Shown in pieces: positions 62,038-64,000 of a stretch of DNA of 64,000 bases (position 1 is the stretch's first letter; each line of letters starts with the position of its first letter). Position numbers and translations under genes: made by a program. The notes under the pieces are model-generated. The model was not told where the DNA came from. It was given only the letters and a program-made list of their open reading frames with translations, and made no database searches. Where the stretch lies: the NCBI RefSeq assembly GCF_000372725.1, contig NW_005201381.1:183953-247952 (forward strand), read 5' to 3'. This DNA is from Emiliania huxleyi CCMP1516 (taxonomy: Eukaryota).

Positions 62038-63123
62038 TAACCGGCACGCCGGGAGGAGGCGGTTGCTCCGTCCGCCGCCGGACCGCCCCCTCCACCACCC
62101 TCGCCCTGCGGCGCCGCCTAGACCCCTAGTGAGTGAGTGCTCGCCGACCCTCCCCACACTTAGAATCTTAGTCGGCATCGTGTTTAGGGGGTCACAGTCA
62201 CAGATAACAAAAGTCGAGCAAACCCAAAAAATCAAATCCGCCAAGGCTGCTTCTGGATTGCTGGATTCGCAAAAACCAGAAGCAGCTCGGCGACGACGGG
62301 CGCTCTGTGGCAGACAGAGCAGCGGCCGCCCAGGCGGTCGCTGCTCCGCCCCGTCCGAATCCGTCCGCCCGCGCGTGCTGCTGCCGCCGCCGCCGCCGCT
62401 CCACCCGGTGCCCGTGCGTCGTGAGAGTTGCTTTTTGTGTATGTGTATGTCGTATGTGTGTGTGGACTTCTGTCGCACACTTGACTCTTGAGCCGCTATC
62501 TATGATAGTAGACCGGTACTCGCGGGTTTGGATGGTAGCGGGGGGCCCCGCCGGAGGCTGGTTACTGATGTGAACCACAGTTTATGTGAACCACAAAATA
62601 TTACTCGGGTGGGTTTGGTCCTTCCTCTCTCCCCTTCGCGCGCGTCTTCGAGGCACAGCTCTCGTCGTTGCCACAGCATGTCGTTCCTCGCACCGTGCCC
62701 ACGAGACGGCACCAGCTGACCGAGATCGCGCTCCCCGACGGCTGCCGCGTGCCTTACGGGCGGCTTACGGCGCGCTCAAACAAGTGGCGTCGTGGCCTTC
62801 TCGCATAATTCAGCGCTGCACAGCGCTGGTGGACGCCGCCTACCCCCCCAGTGGCAAAGAGGCAGACACACACACAAGACTGGCTGCAAAGGATATCCAC
62901 CCCTCGTCGTCGCCTCGTGAGCCTGCTGGCGGTGTGCAAGAACAAAGAAAACAAAAGCCGAGTTTTGGCTAGACGAGCGACCTACCTCCAATGGGGCTGT
63001 AGTCTGGGAACGCGTGGATCCGGCCCGCCCCCCGGCGGGTTACGGTTTAGCGCTGACAGTCAGCCCCATGCGCCATGGGCAGTCCTGGATCACGGGGGAT
63101 GACATCCTGCCTACCGGCACGTT

Positions 63124-63543
63124 GGCCTGTACCCATGTTTCCGGAAACCAAAAAGGAAACGAGAGGGTCCCCAGCACTTTTCGTTTCCGGAAATTTCCAC
63201 AGGGAACGCCAGAGGGTGTTTGGAGAGAGAGATTGGTGCTCCATTCTAGGCTCCATTCTGGCAACTCTCGAGTTTCCCTGTGTCTGAGAGCTGGTCTGGG
63301 CCAAAATCTGAGAGAGAGAGAATCTGAGGCGAAACCGAGGAAACCGGCAAAATACCGGGTATTTTCCAGGTATACCCGGGGTTTTCCAGGTACCCGCAAA
63401 ATACCCGGTATTTTGCCGACCGAGCGAGTCGGCTGATTTTGGGCCCAAACCAGCCTCAGACTCGGTCGGCTCAGAGCCCGTGAAATTGACGATTTTCGCG
63501 GAGTTTCCTCGGGAAACTAGAGAGGAAACGAGAGGGTGCTGTA
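63124..63543. mobile_element. Left-hand part of MITE-like family C; a short fragment also at ~54577-54612
   Basis: Begins GGCCTGTACCCATGTTTCC; 63127-63142 is the reverse complement of 62020-62035. Confidence 0.7.
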
Positions 63544-64000
63544 ACCCTCCCCACACACTAAGTCGGCATCGTGAGAGAGAATTCTTGATACGAAACCACG
63601 ACGACACACACCAGTCGACTCGCATCGGTTGCCTCCATGAACGGCGGAGCTATTCTCGCGCCCACACCACACCTGGCTCCAACGTGGACACGCCCATAGC
63701 TGGGGACACTACTAGGTCACGCATGGCATCACAGAAGTTTTATCTCTGGGCCCCGAAAGGCATCTCTAGCAGTGTCGTTACACATGCCCCCTCCCCTCCT
63801 GGGCGCATGCGCCTCACGTCTCGCCAGAGCATAAGCCCTTGGCGTGTGGCGAGACGAGTTTTTCGCCATCTCAGCGAGCAGCAAGCCGCCCGCCGCAAAC
63901 AGCCGGAGGCCTCGCCGCGGCACTGGCTGCGCCGCGGTCCCGCACCCGTCGACGCAGCTCCCCCCGCGGAAGACCGCGCGTAGCAACGTCTTGACGATCG

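Overview
GC-rich eukaryotic algal genomic DNA. Frequent GC-AG introns, 10-11-bp intronic tandem repeats and plastid-targeted genes point to a haptophyte such as Emiliania/Gephyrocapsa huxleyi (inference from style only). About 20 protein-coding genes are recognisable: ZEP1-like epoxidase, F-box/ARM protein, double-FHA/CCCH protein, Sec61-gamma, proteasome beta-2, an ATP-grasp ligase, thiolase, XRN exoribonuclease, parvulin, TauE transporter, pyruvate kinase, DUF5672-like protein, thylakoid TPM protein, acylphosphatase, ATP synthase delta, WD40 protein, a CH-WH2-EF-hand protein, GT61, FKBP and an SGNH hydrolase. Intergenic DNA holds several non-autonomous DNA transposons, three copies with directly visible 8-bp target-site duplications. 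The strongest signal is intron genesis. (1) Four introns in four unrelated genes form an Introner-like family: a GC donor inside a 9-nt duplicate of the next exon start, then CCTA(G/A)A, shared internal motifs and a ~180-nt core. (2) Many other introns consist of a duplicated exon edge plus 10-11-bp filler repeats. Also notable: a pyruvate kinase with an N-terminal Dpy-30/RIIa-like docking domain, an XRN start codon split by an intron, and a repeated orphan ORF whose ATG is the loop of an 11-bp hairpin. All exon boundaries were deduced by eye and need RNA-seq confirmation.
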